Source: a virus (lineage: Duplodnaviria; Caudoviricetes). Taken from it: a stretch of DNA of 64,000 nt. This document shows positions 1 to 10,040 of this stretch, piece after piece. The stretch's first letter is position 1. Each line of letters opens with the position of its first letter. Both the position numbers and the translations under genes were made by a program. Where the stretch lies: positions 32,001 to 96,000 of IMG/VR virus record IMGVR_UViG_3300027971_000029; one strand, written 5' to 3'. Below the pieces are notes generated by a model. It worked only from the letters and a program-made list of their open reading frames with translations, was not told where the DNA came from and made no database searches.

Positions 1-2139
1 CAATAAACCATCAGTTGTTGTGAACTTACCTTCATAGGTAAACTGAGAACTTAACAATATTGCAACAGCATTCGCTAAACCATTACCTAACCCTGTTAAA
101 TTGATAGTTGGCACAGTCTCATATTGCGAACCAGGATTTGTCAAAAGAATAGACCTGATTTGTCCTGGATCGAATTCAGCATCTGCTAATAGTGATTCAC
201 CATCACCATATATTGCTTCAGAAATAAGAATTGCATTATTTCCTGTTGCTGTTGTGACTGTGATTGTTGGTAGCAAATGTTGTTCATACAATTCACCACC
301 AATATATGTTCTATCGTAAATGCCAATCGATGCATTCGATGTTGTTGCTGTCCATTGTACATTCACATTGGCACTTGTTGCACTTGAAATTGCATTGATG
401 AATCTGGTCTGATTACTGATTTCAATCTTATCACCAATACGCAATTCAGTATTAAAAGCAGTACCAGTACCAACAATTGTAACACCACTTGCAGTCACAT
501 TAGCACGACCAGTTATTCTTGGCGGTGCAAATTGAATTGTTTTGATTCCATTATTTGAAGAATGAAGTCCGGACACTCTAGCATATGCACCCCAACCACT
601 GCCACCAACAGGAGTTGCAAACTGCAATTCATCACCTACTGTATAATTTGAGCCACCATTTGCTACATTGATTTTACCAAGAATACCTAATGTGACAATG
701 CTTGTATTGCCTGTGGCTGAGCCGCCGCTTGTATTTGATGTTGAGAATGAGATAGTTGGTCCAACAGCATTCAATGATGGTAGTGATGCAAACTCAAATG
801 TACTTGATAGAACAATGACATTGCTGATTGGACCCAAACCAGTGATGCTGGCATATGATAATGCATCTACAATTCTTGTTGCAGAATTTTCGCCTGTTGG
901 TATAACTGTAGCAGGAAAACCATAATCTGAGTCTGTTATTGTTTTACCTTCATATAGAGAAATGATATCTGAATTAACATTGATTGTGTTTGGATGAATA
1001 TTACTTGTAGAATTTACAGTATTGATAGCCATCGTCAGTCCGGTGTTTGGTGTAGTTGTGATGAGAACTTCACCACCAACTTTGAAGCCAGCACCACCAC
1101 GAACAATAAGTACTCTAGAAATTAATGCACTATAGACTTCATTGATAATAGCAGATGCCGGTGATTCAGGACTACCACCAACGATTGGAACAGCATCACC
1201 AATATTATAACTTGCACCACCAGAGACAATATTAATCTCTTTCAAAACAGAGAGAGACTTAAAGTATAAAGTTAAATAATTAGTGTCTTCATAAAAATAT
1301 TTACCAGTAACATTTTCACCTTGAATGAACGAAACTTCTTTACTGAGATTTGAAATGAAGATTTCATTTACATTTAATAGACCAACAATAATTTCTTCTG
1401 CATTTTCAGATATTGCAGTAGCGCCAGATGTTTCGCCAGTGAAAGAGAGAACTACTTGAGTGCCATCAGTTCTACTAATATTTTCAATAATATTAGATGA
1501 TGTATAATTCAATTTGATTATTGAATTATTTGCTGGTGCTGTATTAAATGTAACAATTGGATCATTTGGAGAAATGGTGTAACCATTTGCTGTGGTACAA
1601 TTGGAAGTTTGCAAAACATCATTGACATAAACTTCAAGGTTTGAAGGGCTTGCGACTTCAAACAACCTAAAAACTTTTGTACTACCATTACCTGTTGCAA
1701 GATGATAAAAGTCAGGTAAGAAACGAATAGATTGTCTCTTAATCCATTTACCTGATGATAGTCTTAGAATGTTATCTTTAGGATAGAAGATTTCAATCTC
1801 TTCACCATATAATGCTCTGAATAGAAAACGATATGCTTTCTCTGTACCTTTGGCACGCCAAAAGTCTCTAATGTGTTTAACTAAAAACGCTTTGTTGGCA
1901 AGTGTTTCAGCAGGAATTGATTGTAAAAACTTGCGGCGAAAGTATTCTTCAAAATCAGTAAGAGTATTATCTACATCGAAATAATTTAAAAGATTTCTAC
2001 CAAAATCTGTTGCCTTGTTTGTTTGCTCCAAATACTCATAGTAGGCTTCAACGAAGGCCACAAATGTATCGTAGTCTGCCCGAATAAATTCAGGCAGTTG
2101 CTCACGAACAACGGTTGATAACTTATTAGTTATTGACAT
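1..2139 (-). CDS. Baseplate wedge protein gp7-like (3' end runs off window)
   Basis: Not in ORF track. ATG at 2139 reads MSITNKLSTVVREQLPEFIRADY...FWRAKGTEKAYRFLFRALYGEEIEIFYPKDNILRLSSGKW, typical of T4-like gp7 N-termini; follows gp6. Confidence 0.8.
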   Translation of the reverse strand, partial: MSITNKLSTVVREQLPEFIRADYDTFVAFVEAYYEYLEQTNKATDFGRNLLNYFDVDNTLTDFEEYFRRKFLQSIPAETLANKAFLVKHIRDFWRAKGTEKAYRFLFRALYGEEIEIFYPKDNILRLSSGKWIKRQSIRFLPDFYHLATGNGSTKVFRLFEVASPSNLEVYVNDVLQTSNCTTANGYTISPNDPIVTFNTAPANNSIIKLNYTSSNIIENISRTDGTQVVLSFTGETSGATAISENAEEIIVGLLNVNEIFISNLSKEVSFIQGENVTGKYFYEDTNYLTLYFKSLSVLKEINIVSGGASYNIGDAVPIVGGSPESPASAIINEVYSALISRVLIVRGGAGFKVGGEVLITTTPNTGLTMAINTVNSTSNIHPNTINVNSDIISLYEGKTITDSDYGFPATVIPTGENSATRIVDALSYASITGLGPISNVIVLSSTFEFASLPSLNAVGPTISFSTSNTSGGSATGNTSIVTLGILGKINVANGGSNYTVGDELQFATPVGGSGWGAYARVSGLHSSNNGIKTIQFAPPRITGRANVTASGVTIVGTGTAFNTELRIGDKIEISNQTRFINAISSATSANVNVQWTATTSNASIGIYDRTYIGGELYEQHLLPTITVTTATGNNAILISEAIYGDGESLLADAEFDPGQIRSILLTNPGSQYETVPTINLTGLGNGLANAVAILLSSQFTYEGKFTTTDGLL

Positions 2140-4180
2140 TTCTTAGTCTAGGAGTTACAACAATAGAATCAGTTGCATCAGTATCAATCAAAAGAATTTG
2201 ATTTTTTCTTGAGTCAATAATTTTTGTTTCAGGTTCAATTGCAATACGAATATCACTGTGGTCCGAATCTAGTGCTTCAATTTTAAAGTTGTTAAGAACA
2301 ATCAAGCCAGTATCATAGTTGATTGTACCTGCTTCTGCATTGATAATAATCTTCTCAGCCAACTCATTGAAATAAAAGGTTCTGAGTGTACCAAAACGAG
2401 CCGCTACAATTGCAGTTCCTTTAGCACCAAAACCATCACCGCCTGTGATAGTAACAATAGCACGACTATAACCAGTGCCACGAGTTATCATAGTAATTTT
2501 TGTAACTTTACCATTTACAATGGTTGCTTCAGCAGTCGCACCAGAACCATCGCCAGTAATAGTTATGGTCGGCGCTTCAAGATAGTTGTAACCAGAGTCA
2601 ATAACAATTACTTCATCGACACCAGTGAATGAATTTGGTGCTTCATCAAGATAAGAAAGACGATATGTACCAGAGGCATCATTAACATAAAATGGAGTAG
2701 AGTCTAATGAATCATACAAGCCACCACCACCACCACGATGTAGTGGCATGGCATAATCGATGTAGTAAGTTTTCAATGCATTTAATTGTGGCATGAACCT
2801 TTTCTCAACACGAGTTTTGATTTCGTTACCAACAATACCTGATGAGACACTATCAATTAAACTTTGTAATTTTGATTGAACAAAAATTACACCAAATTGT
2901 TGTAGATTTGTTTCGTTGTAAGTAACCACTGCGTTTCGAGCCAATGTCGCAATTTGATTCTGAGTTAATGTTGTGAGAGTCAAATCAACTTCAACAGTAA
3001 CATCAAATTTCAAGTAGATGTACTCAGGGTCTACAATTTCTGGTGTGACCGTCACAAGGCATAGTGGTTTAATATACTCATTTACAATTCTAGCCTTTTC
3101 TGTATCGTTGATTAAAACGCCAGATTTTGGTTTGAATGAGATATAAACTTTTCCATAGATTGGTGGTGTGTTTTCTTCTCCACCCCAAACAGAAACCGTA
3201 TCAATAGCAGGATAGTTTTGTTTCAATAGAACTTCAAAATCAGAAGTTGTCACTGCACGGTTTTGTGAACTGTAATAATGTGGCGCATTGAACTTAATCG
3301 ATTGAATTGTTTCTCTTTCAGCACCTGCCGATGCCGCAGTATTTGCGTTGATAACAACTTGATTGTAACCAGAAATAGAACCGGTAGTAAAAGAGTTTGC
3401 TTTGTTGGCCGCTTCTGCACTTGAAGAAACATAAGAAATAATGACAATGTTTCCATTTGCAAGATTGCTACCAACAACACCATCACCGAACTTAATCTTA
3501 TAGGTATCATCAAGTGAGCCTTCTAAGAAATACACTTTTGAATTGGCATTGATTTCTGTAGCATCGGTCGATATTGTATAAGTATGAGAATCAGTATTCG
3601 ATGATGATGCTTGAACTGTAACCAAAATAGTTGAAGTGTCTACATTGATATCACTAATTAGAAACTCTCTCTTTGGATTTAAAGCAGTGTTATATCCATA
3701 ATTCAATACCCTAGGGAATCCTTCTACAATTTCAATACCTTTAATATTGAACACTCCACAATCACGAATTGTGGTATATGATTTTGTTGTGACAAAGTTA
3801 TAATTTACGCCATCGATTGATTCAGAGAAAAATTCTTGAAAACGAGGTATAGTTAATGTGCCAGCATTGTCTGTTGGAATAATACCAATATCAATTGTTG
3901 CAATTGCAGAACGGCGAGATACTGGAGTGTATCCAATATGTTTAGCATGTGACACTACAGAATTTCTAACAACAGCACTATCCAAGAACATCTCATTGGC
4001 AACCATGTTCTGATAGTATGCATTGTAGTGAGTATTGTATGCTAGAATATCCAGCAATACGGAAATACTCGAACCTTCAAAATCATAATCGGTAAATGCC
4101 GATTGATTGCGAAGATAGTTTTTTAAATTGTTTCGAATAGAAACAAAATCTAATTCGGTTATAGTTAGTTTATCTGCCAT
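2126..4180 (-). CDS. Baseplate wedge subunit gp6
   Basis: ELDFVSIRNNLKNYL..DYDFEGS, SQNRAVTTSDFE and VSVWGGEEN motifs. Confidence 0.92.
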   Translation of the reverse strand: MADKLTITELDFVSIRNNLKNYLRNQSAFTDYDFEGSSISVLLDILAYNTHYNAYYQNMVANEMFLDSAVVRNSVVSHAKHIGYTPVSRRSAIATIDIGIIPTDNAGTLTIPRFQEFFSESIDGVNYNFVTTKSYTTIRDCGVFNIKGIEIVEGFPRVLNYGYNTALNPKREFLISDINVDTSTILVTVQASSSNTDSHTYTISTDATEINANSKVYFLEGSLDDTYKIKFGDGVVGSNLANGNIVIISYVSSSAEAANKANSFTTGSISGYNQVVINANTAASAGAERETIQSIKFNAPHYYSSQNRAVTTSDFEVLLKQNYPAIDTVSVWGGEENTPPIYGKVYISFKPKSGVLINDTEKARIVNEYIKPLCLVTVTPEIVDPEYIYLKFDVTVEVDLTLTTLTQNQIATLARNAVVTYNETNLQQFGVIFVQSKLQSLIDSVSSGIVGNEIKTRVEKRFMPQLNALKTYYIDYAMPLHRGGGGGLYDSLDSTPFYVNDASGTYRLSYLDEAPNSFTGVDEVIVIDSGYNYLEAPTITITGDGSGATAEATIVNGKVTKITMITRGTGYSRAIVTITGGDGFGAKGTAIVAARFGTLRTFYFNELAEKIIINAEAGTINYDTGLIVLNNFKIEALDSDHSDIRIAIEPETKIIDSRKNQILLIDTDATDSIVVTPRLRNVNN

Positions 4181-4567
4181 TTATCGAATCCGTTCAAGCA
4201 GGAAGTCTGCTGTAATTGGGTTTGTTTTCATATCAATGAAAAATTCAATTCTAACATCATATGCATTATTATCTTCATTAGGAATAACATCAACTCTTCT
4301 CACTCTTGCACGAGGCTCAAAGTTAGCAATTGTTTGCTCAATCATTTTTTGAAGGTCAGATGCTGTAAAAACTGAAACAGGTTCAAACAACAATTTTCTG
4401 ACATTAGAACCTAATTCTGGATTGAAAGGTCTTTCATAGTGATTAGTCAGAATTAAATTTCTGATTGCAAACGCTACAGCATTTTCATCTTTTTTAGTCA
4501 CCAAGTCTTTTTTGACTGGATGAATGCCAAAATTTAAGTCTAAATCCGAATAAGTGTATGTAGCCAT
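4181..4567 (-). CDS. Baseplate wedge subunit gp25
   Basis: YSDLDLNF, IRNLILTN..ERPFNPELGS and NFEPRA motifs. Confidence 0.92.
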   Translation of the reverse strand: MATYTYSDLDLNFGIHPVKKDLVTKKDENAVAFAIRNLILTNHYERPFNPELGSNVRKLLFEPVSVFTASDLQKMIEQTIANFEPRARVRRVDVIPNEDNNAYDVRIEFFIDMKTNPITADFLLERIR

Positions 4568-4573
4568 AGATAT

Positions 4574-4581
4574 TATTTATG
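4574..4581 (-). promoter_or_regulatory. T4-type late promoter (CATAAATA variant)
   Basis: CATAAATA 6 nt upstream of the gp25 ATG. Confidence 0.6.
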
Positions 4582-5344
4582 TCAACTTTTTCAGAAGAGT
4601 GTCAGTTCCTACTGTTTCCATGATGAACTTTCCGCATGGGTCTTTCACAATAGCACCAATAGCCATTGCAAGAGCCGCAGATTTTAATTGCTCAATAGAG
4701 TTTTCAATAAATTGTGAATCCTTACTTATGATAGCATTCACGATTGTAGCAATTCCTGCAACAGTTGCTGTGATATCTGCAATTGTTGCAATACCTTTAT
4801 TGATTTGGTCTACTATTTTTGCAATATCATTTGCGGCCGCATCGATATCGTCACCAGAGAAAATACCAGTCATACCACCAACAATGTTGAGACAACCTTT
4901 AGCACCATCAATGACATTCGCCATATCGTTCATTGATTTACCAATACTTAAAACTTGTTCAAGTCCTGGCGCATCTATACCTGCACCTTTTAGAGTTCCT
5001 GATAATCTATTTGTGTGTCCCAAAAAGTTGCTCATCGAAGTCTGCAAATTTCCTATTCCGCCGCCAGCCAAATATGCTGTTGCGGCACCAGCACTTATAT
5101 TTGGATTTATTATCGCACCGGTAGAAATTGCAGTTAATGTTGTTGTTAATGAATTGACCTGACTAGTCACACCACTAATTGTATCAGTCAAAGGATTATT
5201 GAACAATGCCGCACGATTTTCTGTGACTGAACTAATCAAATCTTTAGACTGTGCAGTGAGACCAGACACTGGTGGCGCACCCTCAGGCAAATTACGCAAT
5301 GCGGTGATTGCTAAAATTGAAGTTGTATCTAAACTAAAAGCCAT
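4577..5344 (-). CDS. Hypothetical virion/baseplate protein
   Basis: 255 aa ORF rich in Ala/Ile/Thr, inside the baseplate operon. Confidence 0.6.
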   Translation of the reverse strand: MAFSLDTTSILAITALRNLPEGAPPVSGLTAQSKDLISSVTENRAALFNNPLTDTISGVTSQVNSLTTTLTAISTGAIINPNISAGAATAYLAGGGIGNLQTSMSNFLGHTNRLSGTLKGAGIDAPGLEQVLSIGKSMNDMANVIDGAKGCLNIVGGMTGIFSGDDIDAAANDIAKIVDQINKGIATIADITATVAGIATIVNAIISKDSQFIENSIEQLKSAALAMAIGAIVKDPCGKFIMETVGTDTLLKKLT

Positions 5345-5347
5345 TAA

Positions 5348-5632
5348 TTACCCCGAAAAAACATTAGGTGAACCTGTCACCATTGTTGAACCACAATCAA
5401 TTGCATCACCGATTCTACAGAGAGGAATACCATTTGCAGAAACAGTAGATGATCCTCCAATTGCACTTCCTGTATGACTTGATGTAGCACTGTGAATATC
5501 CCAAGCATCACCCATTCTGTGTACAGGTATACCATTGACAAAAACATTCGTTGAACCACTCACACTTGGGCGTGGTGAATAGCTGTCATGTCCTGAACAA
5601 CTATCACCTAATCTAACTACAGGCATTGACAT
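5348..5632 (-). CDS. PAAR-domain spike tip protein (gp5.4-like)
   Basis: PVVRLGD..GH..SGSTNVFVNGIPVHRMGD..CRIGD..CGS repeats. Confidence 0.92.
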   Translation of the reverse strand: MSMPVVRLGDSCSGHDSYSPRPSVSGSTNVFVNGIPVHRMGDAWDIHSATSSHTGSAIGGSSTVSANGIPLCRIGDAIDCGSTMVTGSPNVFSG

Positions 5633-7725
5633 TATAAGGTCGTTGTTCTGGCGCCCGCTGTAAGTCTTACAGCAATAGGGCTATCAAAGTTTGATGAGAC
5701 TGTCCAATCTCTACTAATGTAAGTCACAACCAATTCTTTTCCATCAAATAAAAAATTAGTTAAATTTAAAGTATTGTTTTGATTGCCACCAAGAATTTTA
5801 ATCACTGCTGTTGTAGGATCATACCCACGATAAAATCCAACATGTCCAAATCCTGGTCTTGTTTTTGATGAGAAGACAACAATATCATTCAATCTCCATT
5901 GAGAAGGATCGTTCAATGGTAATGATTTACCATATCCTTTGTATCCTTGTGAAGCTAGAGTTTGTTTTCCTGGAAAGCAATTTGTTTTTAATGCATAGCT
6001 TACAAATCCTGCACACCATGCAGTTTGGTCTGTTGGATCACCCGCTCTACCCACGGCAGAATATAATTTAAGAATTTTAGGATTTCCTGGTTTACCTGGA
6101 CCATTTTCACGCCAACCACCAATTATCAATTCATTATCAAGCCATGCACATAGTTTCTTGTATTTTTCTTGAGGGCTTTGACCAATTGCACAATCTGCTG
6201 GTGGCGTTGTGTCTGGAATTTTAGCAGGAACTTCTGTTCCATCTGGTTTTGTTATTGGCTCTGGAAGAGGAACTGCACCGGCACCTTTCAAAGCAGGAGG
6301 AACATTTGGATCTTTTTTACTTTCTTCTACACCCTTTTTCTCATAATCGGTGAGTGGTGTTTGTTTAGGTTCATCGGTGCGTTCAGCAATTTTAAATGTT
6401 CTTGGGTCAGGATTTTCTCTACCACTTCCTGGATTCAATTGCACTGTTGACCCTTGAATAGTTGTTGTTGAATCTGAATAGAGTTTTGATTCTCCTTTTG
6501 CTTCCATCTTCAAAGAACCAGAAATATTAAAATCAGCATCACCACCAACTTCAAGACAAAAGTTTCCTTTTGCCTTCATGTTAATATTATTTTCAACAGT
6601 GATATTACAATTGCCAGCGACATAGATGTTAGAATCTGCTAATGTTATTTGATAATTGCTTTTTCTTGATTTTATAACTATATCGCCATCAGGATGCATT
6701 TCGATAAATGTTCCCATTCTGTGATATAGATGAACTCTTTCAGCATCCCTAGTATCATCTAATTCAAATACATGCCCAGACTTAGTTTCCATAACCATGT
6801 TATGTGGAAATTTTGCATTGTATTTTGTCTCTGGTTCTGAAAATGAACCACCACACGCAATAGGAACACTTTGAACTTTAGTTTCTTTTTTAGGACCAAC
6901 AATAGTTTCTGCGGGTTTATAGTTACGAGCCAATCGTGAATTGGTTGGTTCATTTAATCTTTTTGGACTTGGATTTGGTTCGGCCGCATCTGCTTCTTTT
7001 TTTTCAACAATTGTTTCTGTTGGGTCGAATATTGTATCTGCTATATTTGCCGTATTGGCTTCAGGATCATCTTCTGGAAGAGGATTCTTTTTAAAGAAGT
7101 AATTGAAAAGGTCATCTATTAATGCAAGACTTGATGCTCCTGAAACACCACCAACAGTGCCATAAAAAGAATTTGTTTCTTTTACTTTGGCGGCCGCAAG
7201 AGGAACAAAAGTTGGACTATTCATTGCCGATGCATAATTTGGCACCGAACTTTTCAGAATCAAGGCTGCCACTGTTGCACTGACATTTGGATTTGTTTTT
7301 AGTGTATCTGGATTATCGACAATATCAATTTTGATACTATCGACTTTAGCTAACTTCTGATATTTGATACGCTCTTCAAGTGTGATGATTGGTAAAATAT
7401 CACCTGTAACACCAACAATAGCAATCAATGCACATTTAGCCACTTTAGTAGTTAAGCCAACATCATCACAAGCATTAATAATTGCGGCGATATTTGTTGG
7501 TGTTAAAACTGATAGATTAATGTCTAAGTTTGTTGGAGGAACTCTCGGAATACTTTCATTGATTTTTTGAATAGTATTGTTGACAGTGATTGTAATATTT
7601 GCAATCAATGGATTACCAAAGCCATCATAAACTATTTCGCCACAATGGTCTCTCAAAAATCCTGTAGTGTTTGAGGTCGGCGCTGTATTAGCAATGATTG
7701 TGTATGGTTGAAAAAGAGTCGCCAT
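5632..7725 (-). CDS. gp5 C-terminal part: degenerate lysozyme-like segment, beta-helix and TIGR02594-like peptidase domain
   Basis: ETKSGHVFELDDT..ERVHLYHRMGTFIEMHPDG gp5 motif; C-terminal NPKIL..TAWCAGFV..GHVGFY..LGGNQ Cys/His motif. Confidence 0.8.
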   Translation of the reverse strand: MATLFQPYTIIANTAPTSNTTGFLRDHCGEIVYDGFGNPLIANITITVNNTIQKINESIPRVPPTNLDINLSVLTPTNIAAIINACDDVGLTTKVAKCALIAIVGVTGDILPIITLEERIKYQKLAKVDSIKIDIVDNPDTLKTNPNVSATVAALILKSSVPNYASAMNSPTFVPLAAAKVKETNSFYGTVGGVSGASSLALIDDLFNYFFKKNPLPEDDPEANTANIADTIFDPTETIVEKKEADAAEPNPSPKRLNEPTNSRLARNYKPAETIVGPKKETKVQSVPIACGGSFSEPETKYNAKFPHNMVMETKSGHVFELDDTRDAERVHLYHRMGTFIEMHPDGDIVIKSRKSNYQITLADSNIYVAGNCNITVENNINMKAKGNFCLEVGGDADFNISGSLKMEAKGESKLYSDSTTTIQGSTVQLNPGSGRENPDPRTFKIAERTDEPKQTPLTDYEKKGVEESKKDPNVPPALKGAGAVPLPEPITKPDGTEVPAKIPDTTPPADCAIGQSPQEKYKKLCAWLDNELIIGGWRENGPGKPGNPKILKLYSAVGRAGDPTDQTAWCAGFVSYALKTNCFPGKQTLASQGYKGYGKSLPLNDPSQWRLNDIVVFSSKTRPGFGHVGFYRGYDPTTAVIKILGGNQNNTLNLTNFLFDGKELVVTYISRDWTVSSNFDSPIAVRLTAGARTTTL

Positions 7726-8105
7726 TATTTTTTCGCTACTTGAGTTGTAATAATTTCACTAGGTGGTCTAGGTCTGTCTGCTAATTTTGCGGGTGTTCTT
7801 GGGTCGTTGAAACCCTTACTTGAGTTTGCTGGTTGTTGAGGAATACCAGGAACAATACCAAGCATCATTGGATATTGTGCATCTTCACCATCTGCAAAGA
7901 AACCAAAAACCATATCACCTTCTTCTGCCCTATTGTATGGACCAAAATCTAATGAATGTATTGGATGTGCCCACGGCAAGTCTGTTGTTGGCACTTCTGT
8001 TTTTTCTGCGGAATGATATCCTGCTACACGAACTCGGCAACGAAATAGTTGCAATGGGTCTTCGATATCTTCAACGACACCGAACCAAAATTTAATATCT
8101 TTCAT
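7725..8105 (-). CDS. gp5 N-terminal OB-fold domain as a separate ORF
   Basis: WFGVVEDIEDP..RCRVRV.GYH..DLPWA..GDMVFGFFADG..QYPMMLG. Confidence 0.88.
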   Translation of the reverse strand: MKDIKFWFGVVEDIEDPLQLFRCRVRVAGYHSAEKTEVPTTDLPWAHPIHSLDFGPYNRAEEGDMVFGFFADGEDAQYPMMLGIVPGIPQQPANSSKGFNDPRTPAKLADRPRPPSEIITTQVAKK

Positions 8106-9385
8106 TACTTAGGTATCTTTTTCAAGGAGTCTTTCACCAATTCAATAACACACACATGACTATCACGCTTCATTATATGCCTCACAGCAGTAATCAAATA
8201 ATTTCCAGAATTCAAAACATCTTCGTCTTTTATAACTGGCGCCTTATTCAATGAAACTTCAGGTGCTATAAATTCAACAACAGCACCTGCTGTAAATTCC
8301 ATACTTCCTGGAATCGTCAATGATAACTTCTGCATATTTAACCCACCTAAAAACATAGGTCTTTGAAGATACCATTTCTCAATGTCATTGGGTTTTGGAC
8401 CAGGACCATATGTTATCTTATCACAATCTTTTGTAGATAGTTGTAATGATTGAACACTTCTGGTTGGTGTAGATGGACCACTGAATGTGTCACTATGTGG
8501 ATTTATTTTATTCAAATGTTTTGTGCTACTAAAAAATCCATTTGACTCTAAAGTTGTTTCTGCAATTACTTGTGTCAAAGGATTGACTGTCACTAATGTT
8601 GAACCTGCATATCCATTTGATACCAAATTTAAAACATCGAATGAATTTGAAAATCTATAATTCTCTCCACCATCAGATTCTTCTTCAGGTAAAGATGGTT
8701 TTGCTTTTGGCGCCAAAGCCGGCTCAGCAATTTTTTTGATTGTGGCATGTAATTTTCGTACAGCCTTTTTTTGCACCAAATTTTCTAATGATACAAAATT
8801 GAATCCCACGAATGTTTCAAAAAACAAATAAGTTGAGCCTGCACTCAGTGGAGATATCGCTCTCTTTGACAACCAATTGATTGCTTTGAACGGTGTCATA
8901 AATGGAATTACAATATCATAAATTCCTGCGGTAGGTTCAATATTCTTAACTTCAGCACCAAGTCTTTTTTCGGCAACATTTTTTACCATTTCACTTATTT
9001 TTCTACCACTGTATGATTTCGAAAACATCTCAGTCTTGAACATTTCTTCACCGCAAAAATAAAGAATGTAATTTTCATTAGTGTCGCTTTGTTTCACTCG
9101 GTCACTCATTTTATAAATTCGATATTTTTTCTTGTATGTTGTTTTATGAGATGGTTTTGTAAATACAATTGAAATGGATTCATAACCGGCAAGAGGTAAT
9201 TTATTAATCAAATTATTACTGTCACTCAACAGAATATTGCCAGTTAATACATTGTTGTAGATATCTTCAAATATGTTTAACTCAAACAGAATACCTCTAA
9301 CATCAATTTTGCGACCATTGCCTGCTATTAAAATACATTCATTCAATTCAAAGTCATATGAATTGACCATTCCATCAGTTGCCAT
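8105..9385 (-). CDS. Baseplate hub/tail protein (gp27-like)
   Basis: Lies between gp53 and gp5; NIFEDIYNNVLTG, YLFFETFVGFNFVSLE and SGNYLITAVRH motifs. Confidence 0.65.
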   Translation of the reverse strand: MATDGMVNSYDFELNECILIAGNGRKIDVRGILFELNIFEDIYNNVLTGNILLSDSNNLINKLPLAGYESISIVFTKPSHKTTYKKKYRIYKMSDRVKQSDTNENYILYFCGEEMFKTEMFSKSYSGRKISEMVKNVAEKRLGAEVKNIEPTAGIYDIVIPFMTPFKAINWLSKRAISPLSAGSTYLFFETFVGFNFVSLENLVQKKAVRKLHATIKKIAEPALAPKAKPSLPEEESDGGENYRFSNSFDVLNLVSNGYAGSTLVTVNPLTQVIAETTLESNGFFSSTKHLNKINPHSDTFSGPSTPTRSVQSLQLSTKDCDKITYGPGPKPNDIEKWYLQRPMFLGGLNMQKLSLTIPGSMEFTAGAVVEFIAPEVSLNKAPVIKDEDVLNSGNYLITAVRHIMKRDSHVCVIELVKDSLKKIPK

Positions 9386-9386
9386 A

Positions 9387-10040
9387 TTAAGTGTTTTCCA
9401 ATAAGTCTTCTAATTCTCTAATAATCTGACCAGTGTAGTCTTTCTTTAAAAGATAAATTGTTCGTTTCTCTTCGTTTAGATTTTCTTCATATTCATAAGA
9501 ATAAACAACATTTCTTGTTGTGGTTTGTGTTACTACGGGTCCACCAGGCAAAGTTGCCTCAACAGGAACCATATTGACAAGAGTCGCATATTCAGTAGCA
9601 TCACTTGGTAACACTGTTCGTGAAGACTCTCCAAATGTGGTACTTGTAGTTATGATTTTTTCATAATGATGAACTGTTGTTTTGGATAATTCAATGCTAC
9701 CATATTTTGATTTAATGAATCTTTGGAAACTAATATAGTCTTTAGGCCAATCTAAAACTGGGTCTAGAATATTATTGAACAAAGTTATAAACCAATACAA
9801 ATCGGCAGAGCCATAAAGTTTGTGTGCAATTATTTCTGGTCTGTCACCATCTTTAATTTGATACTTATAAAAGATGTGAGTGTTTCTACGCAGAAAATCA
9901 CGAAAATCAATTCTCTGATTATCATAGTATAGTGTAACTCTGGTAAAGATATTGCTGACAACATCTACAGTTTTCTCTTTTTGGTCTGCGTTTAAATTGT
10001 AACCAATTAGAGGAAATTTTTCGAAATAAGCAATTGCCAT
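9387..10040 (-). CDS. Baseplate wedge subunit gp53
   Basis: YFEKFP..YQIKDGDRPEIIAHKLYGS..YWFI.LFNNILDP..DWP. Confidence 0.9.
   Translation of the reverse strand: MAIAYFEKFPLIGYNLNADQKEKTVDVVSNIFTRVTLYYDNQRIDFRDFLRRNTHIFYKYQIKDGDRPEIIAHKLYGSADLYWFITLFNNILDPVLDWPKDYISFQRFIKSKYGSIELSKTTVHHYEKIITTSTTFGESSRTVLPSDATEYATLVNMVPVEATLPGGPVVTQTTTRNVVYSYEYEENLNEEKRTIYLLKKDYTGQIIRELEDLLENT

Noticed and set aside
101-1700. Track ORFs 101-319, 668-925 (+) and 1518-1700 (-)
   Set aside because: Shadow frames of the gp7-like gene that runs off the window edge.
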